IMG/VR virus record: IMGVR_UViG_3300023174_000074
Location: 62,809 to 126,808 of that record
Strand: one strand, 5' to 3'
Length of the DNA stretch: 64,000 nucleotides
Source of the DNA: a virus
Below are positions 38,066 to 48,741 of this stretch, one piece after another (position 1 is the first letter of the stretch; each line of letters opens with the position of its first letter). Made by a program: the position numbers and the translations under genes. Under the pieces are notes generated by a model, which saw only the letters and a list, made by a program, of their open reading frames with translations, had not been told where the DNA came from and did no database searches.

Positions 38066-39208
38066 ATGGAAAGAAAACTCGCATCGATCAGAAAGATTGA
38101 TAAAATAACAAAACATCCAAATGCTGATTCTTTAGAAATATGTCACGTTGGTGGATGGAAAGTCGTAACTAAAATAGGGGAATATACAGAAGGCGATTTA
38201 GCTGTTTATTTTGAAGTTGATTCCTTTTTACCCCTAGAGGAAGACTTTGAATTCCTAAGAAAATCATCATATAAGAAGATGGGGGATATTGAAGGATTCA
38301 GATTAAAAACGATTAAACTTAGGCAAGAATTAAGTCAAGGTCTTTTACTTCCACTGTCTATTCTTGAAAAAGATGATGAAATGAAAATCGGGATCAGCAA
38401 GCAACCCTGGGGCGATCAACTTCAGCTTGGACCTTATGATGATGCAATAGTTATCGAAGAAGGAGCTGATGTTACTGCTTACATGTGTGTACTGAAATAC
38501 GAACCGCCAATCCCAGCAGAACTCTCAGGGAAGGTTAAAGGAAATTTTCCTGGATTCATCAGAAAAACCGACGAGGAAAGAATCCAAAACATGACTGCTG
38601 AATATGAGAGCATGAAGGATAAGCACTATTACGTTACAGAAAAGCTTGACGGAAGTTCTGCAACGTATTACTTCAGAGACGGAGTATTCGGTGTGTGTTC
38701 AAGAAATCTGGAATTAGCAGATCCAGGGATATTCGAACCGGGATCAGTTCTTTGCGATGATGGTGTCGAAAGACCTAGGAAAGAAAACACTTTCTGGAAA
38801 GTTGCTCGTGAATTATTCATAGAAGAAAAATTGGGAACACTAGAAGAAAATTACGCTATTCAGGGTGAACTTATCGGGGAAGGTGTTCAAAAAAACCCTT
38901 ATAGAATCAAAGGTCACACTCTAAGGATCTTTAATGTGTTCAATATAGATAAGCAAGAGTATCTTGGACTTGATGATATGGTACATTTCCTAAACAAGAT
39001 AAATGTAGACGACAAACCACTTGAGCTTGTGCCTGTCATTAATTACGATTACAAATTACCACCGACCATCGACGAGATCATCAGATATGCTGATGATAAA
39101 TCTAGATTGAACGGGGAAACAGATAGAGAGGGCATAGTTATTAGAAACAAAGACAAGAGCGTTTCTTTCAAAGCTATATCAAATACATTTTTATTAAAAG
39201 AGAAATAA
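38066..39208 (+). CDS. RNA ligase, Rnl2/DRB0094-like
   Basis: RKLASIR, SQGL, KTDEERIQN, EKLDGSS, QGE, REGIV, SFKAISN. Confidence 0.88.
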   Translation: MERKLASIRKIDKITKHPNADSLEICHVGGWKVVTKIGEYTEGDLAVYFEVDSFLPLEEDFEFLRKSSYKKMGDIEGFRLKTIKLRQELSQGLLLPLSILEKDDEMKIGISKQPWGDQLQLGPYDDAIVIEEGADVTAYMCVLKYEPPIPAELSGKVKGNFPGFIRKTDEERIQNMTAEYESMKDKHYYVTEKLDGSSATYYFRDGVFGVCSRNLELADPGIFEPGSVLCDDGVERPRKENTFWKVARELFIEEKLGTLEENYAIQGELIGEGVQKNPYRIKGHTLRIFNVFNIDKQEYLGLDDMVHFLNKINVDDKPLELVPVINYDYKLPPTIDEIIRYADDKSRLNGETDREGIVIRNKDKSVSFKAISNTFLLKEK

Positions 39209-39374
39209 CATGGGAACAATTAATGAAAATTTTACCCCAATGAAGATGAGATTATTCTTCGGATGATTCCCGATGCATGGACTAGAATAGCAGCAGGAAA
39301 GATATTGACAACACTAGAAGAATTGGAAAACAGTATATGAAATAATAATCACAGAAAAGCAGGATATATAATCC

Positions 39375-40037
39375 ATGAAAAATATTAAACTGTACGAAGA
39401 ATATACTGGAGCTGCTATACCCAATGAGACGTATCTAGCTAAAGAAATTAGTGAGCTCTTTGATATAACCGAGGATTTTCGAAAAAAAAGAATGAAAAAC
39501 GAATTTAGTGTTTATGTACCTCTTTCTGGGAATAGTTTTTCTACCATAGAGAAAGTTAAAGTCCTCATCAAACTGATAAAAGACAATAATTATAAGATAG
39601 AGACATTTCCGGTCTTAAGCGAAATGGGTTTAAAGGCTATGACTTTGCTAACCGGGATAGATTATTCTGATCCGTTTAAAGATCTTGAATATGGCATAAC
39701 TATTTTGGTTGATTGTGACTATAAGGGACAAAAATCCAAAGCATGCATTAATATAACACCAACAGCATTTACTTACCAGATTTTGAGAAAATATATGGTA
39801 GAAATTACCACTAAAGACTTTAATGAGAATCTTATAGATATGCTATTCTGGAATGGCGAGTATCTGGTTACAGGTAAATTCGAACACACAGACACATACA
39901 AAGAAGATGGGATCACATTAATTTTTGAAAGCTACGAAACATCAGACAACAAAAACTACTCTATGTCAGTTAGTGCTAGTGGTAGCTTTAATGCGGGGTA
40001 CGAACTTGAGGAGATTGAGGACATAGATTTCCTTTAG
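39375..40037 (+). CDS. Hypothetical putative virion protein
   Basis: MKNIKLYEEY; GATATATA upstream. Confidence 0.6.
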   Translation: MKNIKLYEEYTGAAIPNETYLAKEISELFDITEDFRKKRMKNEFSVYVPLSGNSFSTIEKVKVLIKLIKDNNYKIETFPVLSEMGLKAMTLLTGIDYSDPFKDLEYGITILVDCDYKGQKSKACINITPTAFTYQILRKYMVEITTKDFNENLIDMLFWNGEYLVTGKFEHTDTYKEDGITLIFESYETSDNKNYSMSVSASGSFNAGYELEEIEDIDFL

Positions 40038-40260
40038 TCTCCATCATAAGAATCTGGTTCCCACCTTCTTTATTAAAAGAAATAGTGTCACAAACCTGGA
40101 GAATGTGACTATAATAAACAGTGTCGATCCTTTTTATCTTATTTAAAGTCAAATCCACTTTAAGATCCCAGAAATCCCCAGCCTTATCAATTTTTATTTG
40201 GGCAAAAGAATTAAGAGGGATAAATAGGATTAAAATAATTAAGTAACGCATACATTATAT

Positions 40261-40710
40261 ATGGAAAAAAAGAACATTAAACCAAAGAAAATAAATCATC
40301 CAAAACCAAGACCCGCATTTTTACCAGAATCTACAGAGATTAATGATCTGGAGGTTGCAAAAAAGATGCTAAAAATATATCAAAGTGCAGCAGATAGGAA
40401 GCTAGAATTCAATTTATCATTCGAATCTGTTAAAAAACTGCTAAGCTACCAGACATGCTATTACACCAATAAGAAATTCGAGGAAGAGGGTAACTTCTCA
40501 AGAAGCTTCGACAGGGTTGACTCGGCTAAGGGTTACATAGAAGGCAACGTGGTTGCATGCACAGTTGACATAAACGGTAAGAAAAGTAACCTTTCATTTG
40601 AGGAAATAGAGTGTATTTACAAGAAAATATCGCCATTTAAGGAGAAATCTCAGAAGTCTGGAGAAGCTGAAAAGTTTTCGGAAGTGATTGCAGTTCAGAT
40701 TACTCAGTAG
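40261..40710 (+). CDS. HNH-like / Srd-like phage protein
   Basis: EFNLS, CYYT, SFDRVDSAKGYIEGNVVAC, NGKK. Confidence 0.55.
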   Translation: MEKKNIKPKKINHPKPRPAFLPESTEINDLEVAKKMLKIYQSAADRKLEFNLSFESVKKLLSYQTCYYTNKKFEEEGNFSRSFDRVDSAKGYIEGNVVACTVDINGKKSNLSFEEIECIYKKISPFKEKSQKSGEAEKFSEVIAVQITQ

Positions 40711-40861
40711 AAATAACCTGCTGAGAGATATATAAAAAAATGCAGAACCTCATAAATAGGCTGTTAAAATTATATTCCAGAATCCAGTTTTGATTAACAC
40801 CGGAAGAGATTTAAAAGTACAATGCATTGGAGACATATAGAAATATAAAAGATTATTTATA

Positions 40862-41599
40862 ATGAGATATTTAAAAACATATCGGGTATTTGAATCTGAA
40901 CCAACCCTTACCGAAGACCAGATTGGATGGCTTAATAGCTGCACAGCAGGAAGCTGGAAACTTAATCCCACTACAAGACTTATTGATGTGGATGGTGATT
41001 TCGATTGCTCGTCCAAAAGTCTAACAGATCTTAAAGGGATTAAGTTCGGGGAGGTGAGCGGGGATTTCTATTGTAACAATAATCAGCTCACCAGCCTGGA
41101 GGGAGCACCTCAGACTGTTGACGGGGGTTTCTCTTGTCACGACAATCTCCTCACCAGTCTGGAGGGAGCACCTCAGACCGTTGACTGGAGTTTCTTTTGT
41201 AACGGTAATCAGCTCACCAGCCTGGAGGGAGCACCTCAGAGCGTTGGCAGGAGTTTCTCTTGTAACGACAATCTCCTCACCAGCCTGGAGGGTGCACCTC
41301 AGACCGTTGGTATTAATTTCTATTGTCGTAACAATCAGCTCACCAGCCTGGTGGGAGCACCTCAGACCGTTGACTGGAGTTTCTTTTGTAACGGTAATCC
41401 GGTATCTAAAGAAACATTAGCATCTATTTTTACACTAATGAAAACCCGAAGTTATCAGCAAGCTTTAGAAGAGCACTGGCCTAAGATGGGAAATGATGAT
41501 AGAGCTCTAATGTATAAGCAAATGCCTAATCTGCCACCAGAAGAGGTCAGGAAGTACCAGGCGTTGGCCACAGTTAGCAGAATAAAAGGTTATTTATAA
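40862..41599 (+). CDS. Leucine-rich-repeat protein A (5 x 21-aa repeats)
   Basis: N(Q/L)LTSLEGAPQTVxxxFxC repeats. Confidence 0.85.
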   Translation: MRYLKTYRVFESEPTLTEDQIGWLNSCTAGSWKLNPTTRLIDVDGDFDCSSKSLTDLKGIKFGEVSGDFYCNNNQLTSLEGAPQTVDGGFSCHDNLLTSLEGAPQTVDWSFFCNGNQLTSLEGAPQSVGRSFSCNDNLLTSLEGAPQTVGINFYCRNNQLTSLVGAPQTVDWSFFCNGNPVSKETLASIFTLMKTRSYQQALEEHWPKMGNDDRALMYKQMPNLPPEEVRKYQALATVSRIKGYL

Positions 41600-42408
41600 T
41601 GAGATATTTAAAAACATATCGGGTATTTGAATCTGAACCAGCTGCACCAACCCTTACCGAAGACCAGATTGGATGGCTTAATAGCTGCACAGCAGTAAGC
41701 TGGAAACTTAATCCCACTACAAGACTTATTGATGTGGATGGTGATTTCGATTGCATGTCCAAAAATCTGACGGATCTTAAAGGGATTAAGTTCGGGAAAG
41801 TGAGCGGGAGTTTCTATTGTAACGACAATCTCCTCACCAACCTGGAGGGAGCACCTCAGACCGTTGGTGGGGATTTCTCTTGTGGTAACAATCAGCTCAC
41901 CAGCCTGGAGGGAGCACCTCAGACCGTTGACCGGGATTTCTCTTGTAACGACAATCTCCTCACCAGCCTGGAGGGAGCACCTCAGACTGTTGACCGGGAT
42001 TTCTCTTGTAACGGTAATCAGCTCACCAGCCTGGAGGGAGCACCTCAGACTGTTGACCGGAGTTTCTATTGTAACGACAATCTCCTCACCAGCCTGGAGG
42101 GAGCACCTCAGACCGTTGACTGGGATTTCTATTGTAACGGTAATCAGCTCACCAGCCTGGAGGGAGCACCTCAGACCGTTGGTTGCAGTTTCTCTTGTAA
42201 CGGTAATCCGGTATCTAAAGAAACATTAGCATCTATTTTTACACTAATGAAAACCCGAAGTTATCAGCAAGCTTTAGAAGAGCACTGGCCTAAAATGAAT
42301 AGTGATGATAGAGCTCTAATGTATAAACAAATGCCTAATCTGCCACCAGAGGAGACAAGAAAGTACCAGGCGTTGGCCACAGTTAACAGAATGAAAGGTT
42401 ATTTATAA
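41599..42408 (+). CDS. Leucine-rich-repeat protein B (6 x 21-aa repeats), tandem paralog of A
   Basis: Near-identical caps to gene A; 63-bp repeats. Confidence 0.85.
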   Translation: MRYLKTYRVFESEPAAPTLTEDQIGWLNSCTAVSWKLNPTTRLIDVDGDFDCMSKNLTDLKGIKFGKVSGSFYCNDNLLTNLEGAPQTVGGDFSCGNNQLTSLEGAPQTVDRDFSCNDNLLTSLEGAPQTVDRDFSCNGNQLTSLEGAPQTVDRSFYCNDNLLTSLEGAPQTVDWDFYCNGNQLTSLEGAPQTVGCSFSCNGNPVSKETLASIFTLMKTRSYQQALEEHWPKMNSDDRALMYKQMPNLPPEETRKYQALATVNRMKGYL

Positions 42409-42815
42409 TGAAGAACATTAAACTATATGAAATGTGGCTTCCTTCGGAAAGGGCTAAGCACGAGAAGGAAAATGAAAAGGAGGAAGGTATAGAGCTTTTA
42501 TCTAAAATGGTTGAGTCGGCTAAAAAAGACATCATATCTCATTTCAACTCCAGATTAATGGACGTAGATTTTATAGAGGTGTCTGATCCGCAACAATTTG
42601 TTATTGAATACTGGCCAAAGTCTTTCGATGGAAGAATCCCGCAAAGAATATCCTACTACATAGATGACATCGCAGAAATACTTTCAGAAGAATTCGGAAC
42701 GAAAATAGATTGGCAATTTTCACCGAACGGTAATGCTCAGAGAATAGAATTTGATCTGGAAAAGGAAATTAATCCTAAATATTTCAGTGTTAAAGACCGT
42801 ATGAAATTCTCATAA
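42408..42815 (+). CDS. Hypothetical putative virion protein
   Basis: MKNIKLYEMW. Confidence 0.55.
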   Translation: MKNIKLYEMWLPSERAKHEKENEKEEGIELLSKMVESAKKDIISHFNSRLMDVDFIEVSDPQQFVIEYWPKSFDGRIPQRISYYIDDIAEILSEEFGTKIDWQFSPNGNAQRIEFDLEKEINPKYFSVKDRMKFS

Positions 42816-42883
42816 TTTCAAAAAATCCCTTTATTTATTTTTTATCCCGTGTCTGTTTATTATTTTTGTAAAAAATATAAGGT

Positions 42884-43426
42884 ATGAAGACTGAGGATAA
42901 GATCAAATGGTGCATAGATCAGCACGAGAACACTAATCATAAATATGATGACTATCTCAATTATGAATTTCATCTGAGAATGGTTGCTCAGGCAGCTAAA
43001 GATTTTATTAGCCTAATTCCGGATTCAAACGACGGCGAAAACTCGTTTAGAGATAGCGTCACTATGGCAGCTTACGGACACGATCTAATTGAGGATACAA
43101 GGGTTTCCTACAACGACGTAAAAGAAGTCCTCGGACTACAAGCAGCAGATATCATCTATGCAGTTTCGAACGAGAAAGGAAAGAATCGCAAAGAACGTGC
43201 CAACGAAAAATACTACGAGGGAATTCGAAACACTTCAGGTGCGGTTTTTGTTAAACTTGCCGATCGGATTGCCAACGTTCAGTATTCAAAGATGACCAAA
43301 AGTCGTATGTTTGAGATGTACGAAAAAGAAAATGATCACTTCTTAACAAGTCTTGGATTCGGTGTGGGACAAGCACATCCACTTGGAGAAATGTGTCATT
43401 ATTTAGAAACCCTTTTTGAAAAATGA
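42884..43426 (+). CDS. Stand-alone SpoT/Mesh1-type HD hydrolase
   Basis: YEFHL, AAYGHDLIEDT, VKLADRIAN. Confidence 0.8.
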   Translation: MKTEDKIKWCIDQHENTNHKYDDYLNYEFHLRMVAQAAKDFISLIPDSNDGENSFRDSVTMAAYGHDLIEDTRVSYNDVKEVLGLQAADIIYAVSNEKGKNRKERANEKYYEGIRNTSGAVFVKLADRIANVQYSKMTKSRMFEMYEKENDHFLTSLGFGVGQAHPLGEMCHYLETLFEK

Positions 43427-43663
43427 AAAACAATGAAAAAAGATTTAATTGAAGTTGCGAATAGTTTTAAAACGTTTGACACTATGTACGATTTGTTAAA
43501 AAAAAGGGGATTATTCTTTCTTAAGTAGGGAATACGGAACTAACAATTACCCAGAAATTGGATGGATGATACAATATTTTACTGAAAATGAGGAATATGA
43601 AAAATGTAAATTTTTAACTCAATTAAATTTACCTAAACCATTAAAAAAATAAATCAGAATAAT

Positions 43664-44134
43664 ATGGCGGACTATTTAAGAGCAAGTATTAAGATTACAA
43701 AGCCTATTTTGTTAATCGATCTCGACGGTGTTATCTGTGATTTCGATAAGAGAGCAAAGGAATTAGAAGCACAAGGGATAAAGGGGCAAAGCCTCTTTAA
43801 GCATCCAAGTGCATATAAAGATCTTGAGCCTATTGAAGGAGCAATAAGTGCATGGGCTGCTTTGCAGGATAAGTACGAGACCTATATTTTAAGTACACCA
43901 CCCTGGAGCAATCCTGACGGATGGGCGGAGAAAAGAATTTGGGTAGATAGTTATCTAGGAAAATCAGTTAACAAAAAGCTTATCCTTTGCCACAACAAGG
44001 GATTGGTTAGAGGTGATTTTCTTATCGATGATAGAATTGCCAATGGTGTTGCAGATTTCGGTGGTGAACACATTCATTTCGGAACAGATCAATTTCCAGG
44101 ATGGAAAGAGGTTTTAACTTATTTAGGGATATAA
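43664..44134 (+). CDS. 5'(3')-deoxyribonucleotidase (NT5C-like HAD)
   Basis: IDLDGVICDF, LSTPPW, EKRIW, LIDDR. Confidence 0.85.
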   Translation: MADYLRASIKITKPILLIDLDGVICDFDKRAKELEAQGIKGQSLFKHPSAYKDLEPIEGAISAWAALQDKYETYILSTPPWSNPDGWAEKRIWVDSYLGKSVNKKLILCHNKGLVRGDFLIDDRIANGVADFGGEHIHFGTDQFPGWKEVLTYLGI

Positions 44135-44417
44135 TGCTCAAGGGTTTAAATGAACAATACTATGATCTAGTAACGGATAGGATTCAAGTTCGCAAGGATG
44201 ATCTTACAGAAAATGAAATCCGAATAATAGAATTTGGGTTTGAGCTAATGAAGGAGAAGCTGGAGGATATAAGGATTCTAAAGGACGACATAAAAAGACT
44301 ATCAATAGAAAATGCCAACCTAAAGGCATACAACGACGATAAAGATTACGGAGATGAAGAAGAATAATTTTTTATCTCCGTATTTATGTTTTATGTTTAC
44401 CGAATAAAAATACTAAA

Positions 44418-44822
44418 ATGAAATCAATCAACAACTTCTTCGACAAAGCTCCATTATGGAAAATCTATATTTTCGGATGGGCATTAACCGGTTTATTTAC
44501 ATTCTCTATGTTTGAATGTGTTACATTTCTCGTTAGAGGAACGGTATTACCAGTCAATCTTAAAATCGGAGCTACAACAGGAATTCTATTTGGCTTGATG
44601 TTTATGCTAATGATTTCAATAACGAGGAAATCTAATAAATTCTGGAACTACTCTAAAGAGGTGGAATCACTAATTGATAAAGCAGAAACAAAAGAAGAAT
44701 TAGGTTCGATATACAAAGGCGAATTTCAATCACTTAGAGAACTAGCACAAGGTGGACCTCATCAATACGAATTAAAAAGACAATATGCGATAATGCAAAC
44801 AAAATACAAATACGCAAAGTAA
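44418..44822 (+). CDS. Two-TM membrane protein
   Basis: Two hydrophobic segments. Confidence 0.55.
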   Translation: MKSINNFFDKAPLWKIYIFGWALTGLFTFSMFECVTFLVRGTVLPVNLKIGATTGILFGLMFMLMISITRKSNKFWNYSKEVESLIDKAETKEELGSIYKGEFQSLRELAQGGPHQYELKRQYAIMQTKYKYAK

Positions 44823-45223
44823 TGAATAAAGAATTTATACCTTACGAACAGGCATTAGAATTAAAAGAATTAGGATTTGATGAACCTTGTTTTGGATACC
44901 ATTTGGATAACAAGATTCAATTTTTTGCTGATGTAAGAAGTTGCAATACTAATTCTGAATTTAAGTTTTATCCAACAGCACCAACCTACTCCCAAGCATT
45001 TCGTTTCTTCCGGGAGAAGTATAATTTAAGAGGATTTATTGGATTTAGACCTAACGTAAAACAATTCGATTGTCACATTTATGATATGTCACTTTCCGGT
45101 AAAGAATATGTCAAACAAAGAACAATGGAAGAGTATAACAAAGACCCTAAAGTTGGAACTTACGAAGAAGCAGAACTTGAATGTTTAAAGAAACTAATTG
45201 AAGCAGTTAAAAATAAGCAGTGA
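44822..45223 (+). CDS. Hypothetical phage protein
   Basis: EFIPYEQALELKELGFDEPC, APTYSQAFRFFRE, TYEEAE. Confidence 0.65.
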   Translation: MNKEFIPYEQALELKELGFDEPCFGYHLDNKIQFFADVRSCNTNSEFKFYPTAPTYSQAFRFFREKYNLRGFIGFRPNVKQFDCHIYDMSLSGKEYVKQRTMEEYNKDPKVGTYEEAELECLKKLIEAVKNKQ

Positions 45224-45800
45224 TAATATGTCAGAAAGAAACGAATTTTTAGAAATGGACGGGCTTTACTGGGAATCGGAAACCCACGAATGGTTCCACG
45301 ATAAGATCAGCACTCAGCACGCTAGAAAGAAATCTATTCTTTGGGGAAGCGGTGAGCAGAACGATGCGTTGAATGTGATTTGCTTTGTTGTGAGAGATAA
45401 GGAGTCAGGCGAATATAATAGGGTGATGATGGATAAGGACAAGGAGGAAGTTATTTTCGATACAAAAAGCTTAGAAGCTATGGGCTATGAGATTGACAGA
45501 ATGAAAGTTATAAAAAGATTTAACGTTAAAAATTAAAAAAATGATGTATAATGCAAAATACGTGATAGTAAGAGGAAGCGCAATAGTTTTCTCTGCAGCA
45601 ATCACACATAAGGACATGGTTGGATATAATCAGAAGTGCGAAGGTGCAGGTTTCGTAACATTTAGATCTGAAATTGACGAAGCAGGAAATGGTATAGCTG
45701 TTGCCAGCTGCTATGGCGAGTCAATATCATTAGGCATAAAATCGAGGGAAGATGAAGATTCTAGATTGATCAACAGACAGATACTAAATCCATTCGGATA

Positions 45801-46265
45801 ATGCTCAAAATAAAACAGGAAAAATCGTTAATCAGAGAAGTAGCACTCATAGAAATAGGGGTTCCTAATTCAACGGGAAACATCTATAGTGAAAAATCTG
45901 TAAATAAGATATTTGAGATTTTAGCCCAGCGTGAATACTTAACAGGAGAATTAGTATACAACATAAATCCAGACAAATCCAGACGGAAAATACGAAACCC
46001 AATTAGGGAAGCTTCACATATAATAAAGAACATGTTTATCGATGACGGATTTCTTGTTGCTGTGGTTAACTTTAAATCAACGAGAAATGGGAAGGATGCT
46101 TTAAAAATGTACGAAGACGGGACAGTGACTTTTCGACCAACAATAAGGGGAAAGATCACAGAATATTCAAGCGAGATCATAATTAATGACATTATTAGTG
46201 TTGATCTTATCCCAATTAACGATAAGGTCCTTCAGAAAGAAATAAACTGGATTACTGTGAAATAA
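45801..46265 (+). CDS. Degenerate T4 gp21-like prohead protease homolog
   Basis: PNSTGNIYS, TGEL, ASHII, TRNGK, ISVDLI. Confidence 0.5.
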   Translation: MLKIKQEKSLIREVALIEIGVPNSTGNIYSEKSVNKIFEILAQREYLTGELVYNINPDKSRRKIRNPIREASHIIKNMFIDDGFLVAVVNFKSTRNGKDALKMYEDGTVTFRPTIRGKITEYSSEIIINDIISVDLIPINDKVLQKEINWITVK

Positions 46266-46303
46266 TTTTTTATATTCTGATATAATAAACAAAATGAATC
46301 AAT

Positions 46304-47185
46304 ATGAAAGAAATTAAAAGTAGAATTTTCTCAAAGAAAACAGATTTACCGATATGTGAACTTACTTATCTAAGTTTGGTAGACGAAGGTAAGGACAAAA
46401 ATGATATAAACCAAATAGGTCTAAAGCCTGTAAGAAAAACTGCGCATCTGGAAACTTATAGGGTTAACACTAAAGTTAGCAAAGAACAAATGTCAGATAT
46501 ACAAAAGCTACACGGCATGGGCGTTATAGATACAACTTCTATGTTTAAGTCAGTTCTTGAAGAAGAAAGCGCAATGATGCAACAGAAGCTTATAAGAGAC
46601 ATTATTTCATTTGCAGGTGAACAGAACTATAAGGAATCGTACACCAAAACCCAAATGTTCCTACATAATTGGTTTGGGTATACCCCAAAGGTTAGGATAA
46701 AAAGTGATGACCAGTTATTTCAAAAAATCATTTTGTTCTCTAATAAGATAGCAGCAAAATCAAGAAGAGGACCTGCAGACTACATCATAGTTTCAGGAGG
46801 TATGTCGAATAGAATTATGAACCTATCACAATTCGTCTATAACGATCCAAATCAGCCTAATCTCGACCAGGGAACTGGTTTCATATATTCACAGGGTAAT
46901 CTTGGTGGAAGGCTTTCCGTATTAATTGATCCTAATCTATCTTATAGCGATATGAGAATAATAATGGGATCGAATATTAAAGAGCATGACGAAGGAATCT
47001 ATCACGTTCACGCAGATCCTGTATTTGAAGAGTTCGAAACGATGCTTGATGTGGATATCGCACTTTCCCAAAGAATGGCATTAATTGCTACTGATAATGC
47101 TCATCAAAGGTATTTAACTTTTGAGATCACAAAAAAACCGCATAATATAATAACGCATAATATAAACAAGATCTTTAAGAAATAA
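46304..47185 (+). CDS. Truncated/degenerate T4 gp23-like major capsid protein homolog
   Basis: SNKIAAKSRRGPADYIIVS, GNLGGRLSVLIDP, DIQKLHG. Confidence 0.6.
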   Translation: MKEIKSRIFSKKTDLPICELTYLSLVDEGKDKNDINQIGLKPVRKTAHLETYRVNTKVSKEQMSDIQKLHGMGVIDTTSMFKSVLEEESAMMQQKLIRDIISFAGEQNYKESYTKTQMFLHNWFGYTPKVRIKSDDQLFQKIILFSNKIAAKSRRGPADYIIVSGGMSNRIMNLSQFVYNDPNQPNLDQGTGFIYSQGNLGGRLSVLIDPNLSYSDMRIIMGSNIKEHDEGIYHVHADPVFEEFETMLDVDIALSQRMALIATDNAHQRYLTFEITKKPHNIITHNINKIFKK

Positions 47186-47269
47186 ATTAAAATGGGAGAA
47201 CATAAAAAGTTTTCCCTTTTTTATTTTTTTCTACCGAGAGTATTGATTAATATTGTAAAAATTAACAAA

Positions 47270-47617
47270 ATGAAAGTAATAATAGCAGGCAGCAGAGGCT
47301 TCTCTGATTTTCAACTTCTTTACGCAAAGTGCGAAGAAATACTTGCAAATGTCGATGAAGTTGAGATTGTAAGTGGCACTGCTAGAGGAGCGGATAAGTT
47401 AGGTGAGCACTACGCCAGTTTAAAGGGACATAGCGTGATCCAATTCCCTGCCGACTGGGATAAACACGGTAGAGCGTCAGGATACATTAGAAACAAAGAA
47501 ATGGCAGATTACTCAGATTGTTTAATTGCATTCTGGGACGGCGAATCAAGGGGTACAAAACACATGATAGATCTTGCAACCGAAAGAGGTCTATCAGTTC
47601 ACATAATAAACTACTAA
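47270..47617 (+). CDS. SLOG family (DUF2493/YspA-like) protein
   Basis: IIAGSR, VSGTARGAD, PADW, RNKEM, AFWDGESRGTKHM. Confidence 0.8.
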   Translation: MKVIIAGSRGFSDFQLLYAKCEEILANVDEVEIVSGTARGADKLGEHYASLKGHSVIQFPADWDKHGRASGYIRNKEMADYSDCLIAFWDGESRGTKHMIDLATERGLSVHIINY

Positions 47618-47879
47618 AATAAAATATCCATGAGCAGATATAGTATCAAAAAAGAAAACAAGAAACTAGTGTATGGTTTCGATCATGCACTCGGATATTT
47701 CTACGACATTACTGACCTTAGTGAAGATGAGGATTCAGCTAAGTATTTGATAGAAGAAAAATCTTACTTCATAAACGGGTTAACAAGAAACCAATTTGCA
47801 AACATTCTGGTAGAATGGGGAGCAAAAGAAACACACATGATGGCACTAGCTTTAGATCAACCTTTTTAAAATAAAAAAC

Positions 47880-48365
47880 ATGGGATTAGACATTTCAGCT
47901 TACAGCAAAATAAACAAGACAGAAGATCTTGACGAGGCAACAATTTTCATCAGGAGAGGTGAATATCACAACGATCAAGCAAAAGACATAGAGGTTGGAG
48001 AGTATATCGAAGATCCTTTGTGCGAATACCATGGATTCAGAGCAGGGACTTATTCGGGTTATGGAGCTTTCAGAAATCTTCTTTCCCAGATTATACTAGG
48101 CAATGGAGCTCAATATGTTTGGGAGAATATTGACGAATACACCGATAAGCCTTTCATTGAGTTAATTAACTTCTCAGATTGTGAAGGAAAATTCGGACCA
48201 AAGGTATCAGAAAAACTACATAAAGACTTCGTAGAGAATAGGGAAAATTTTCATTCAGAAGTGAAAGAAAAAAATCCATATGAAGGTTATTATGAAGATG
48301 TGTACGACAACTTCATGCTAGGATTTGAATTATCTTCTAAAGGTGGAGTTCTTTGCTTCCAGTAG
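47880..48365 (+). CDS. Hypothetical phage protein
   Basis: MGLDI, FRAGTYSGY, PFIELINFSDCEG. Confidence 0.6.
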   Translation: MGLDISAYSKINKTEDLDEATIFIRRGEYHNDQAKDIEVGEYIEDPLCEYHGFRAGTYSGYGAFRNLLSQIILGNGAQYVWENIDEYTDKPFIELINFSDCEGKFGPKVSEKLHKDFVENRENFHSEVKEKNPYEGYYEDVYDNFMLGFELSSKGGVLCFQ

Positions 48366-48741
48366 ATCAAAATGAATTTGTAATTAAGTCATAAAATAAA
48401 ATATATGTCAGAAACGATAAAGGTAACACTATTCCCAGAAATGGGGGAAATAAAAAATCTAGCAAAGGATCAGGAATTCTTAAAAGAATGTGTTGAACAT
48501 ATAAAAAAATTAGGTTATAGCACTCTTTTGGTTAACGATCAAATCTGCATAATACTAAAAGGTGAAAGCTCATGCCATCAGGGAACATTAGTAGGGTGGA
48601 AATACGTGAATTCCATTGAGGAGTTTATCAAACCAAGAGTATCTGAACACTACTTCTCTGGCGAAAGAATACAAAATGAAATCTCAAGAATCTATGCAGC
48701 TACCAGTGATATTGCTGTGCAAATCTCTAAAATTCTATTAG

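Noticed and set aside
41118-42229. Alternative-frame repeat ORFs (41118-41420, 41864-42229)
   Set aside because: Shadow frames kept open by the 63-bp repeats.
40862-42408. Diversity-generating retroelement TR/VR pair
   Set aside because: No reverse transcriptase in the window, differences are not adenine-specific, and both copies are intact genes.
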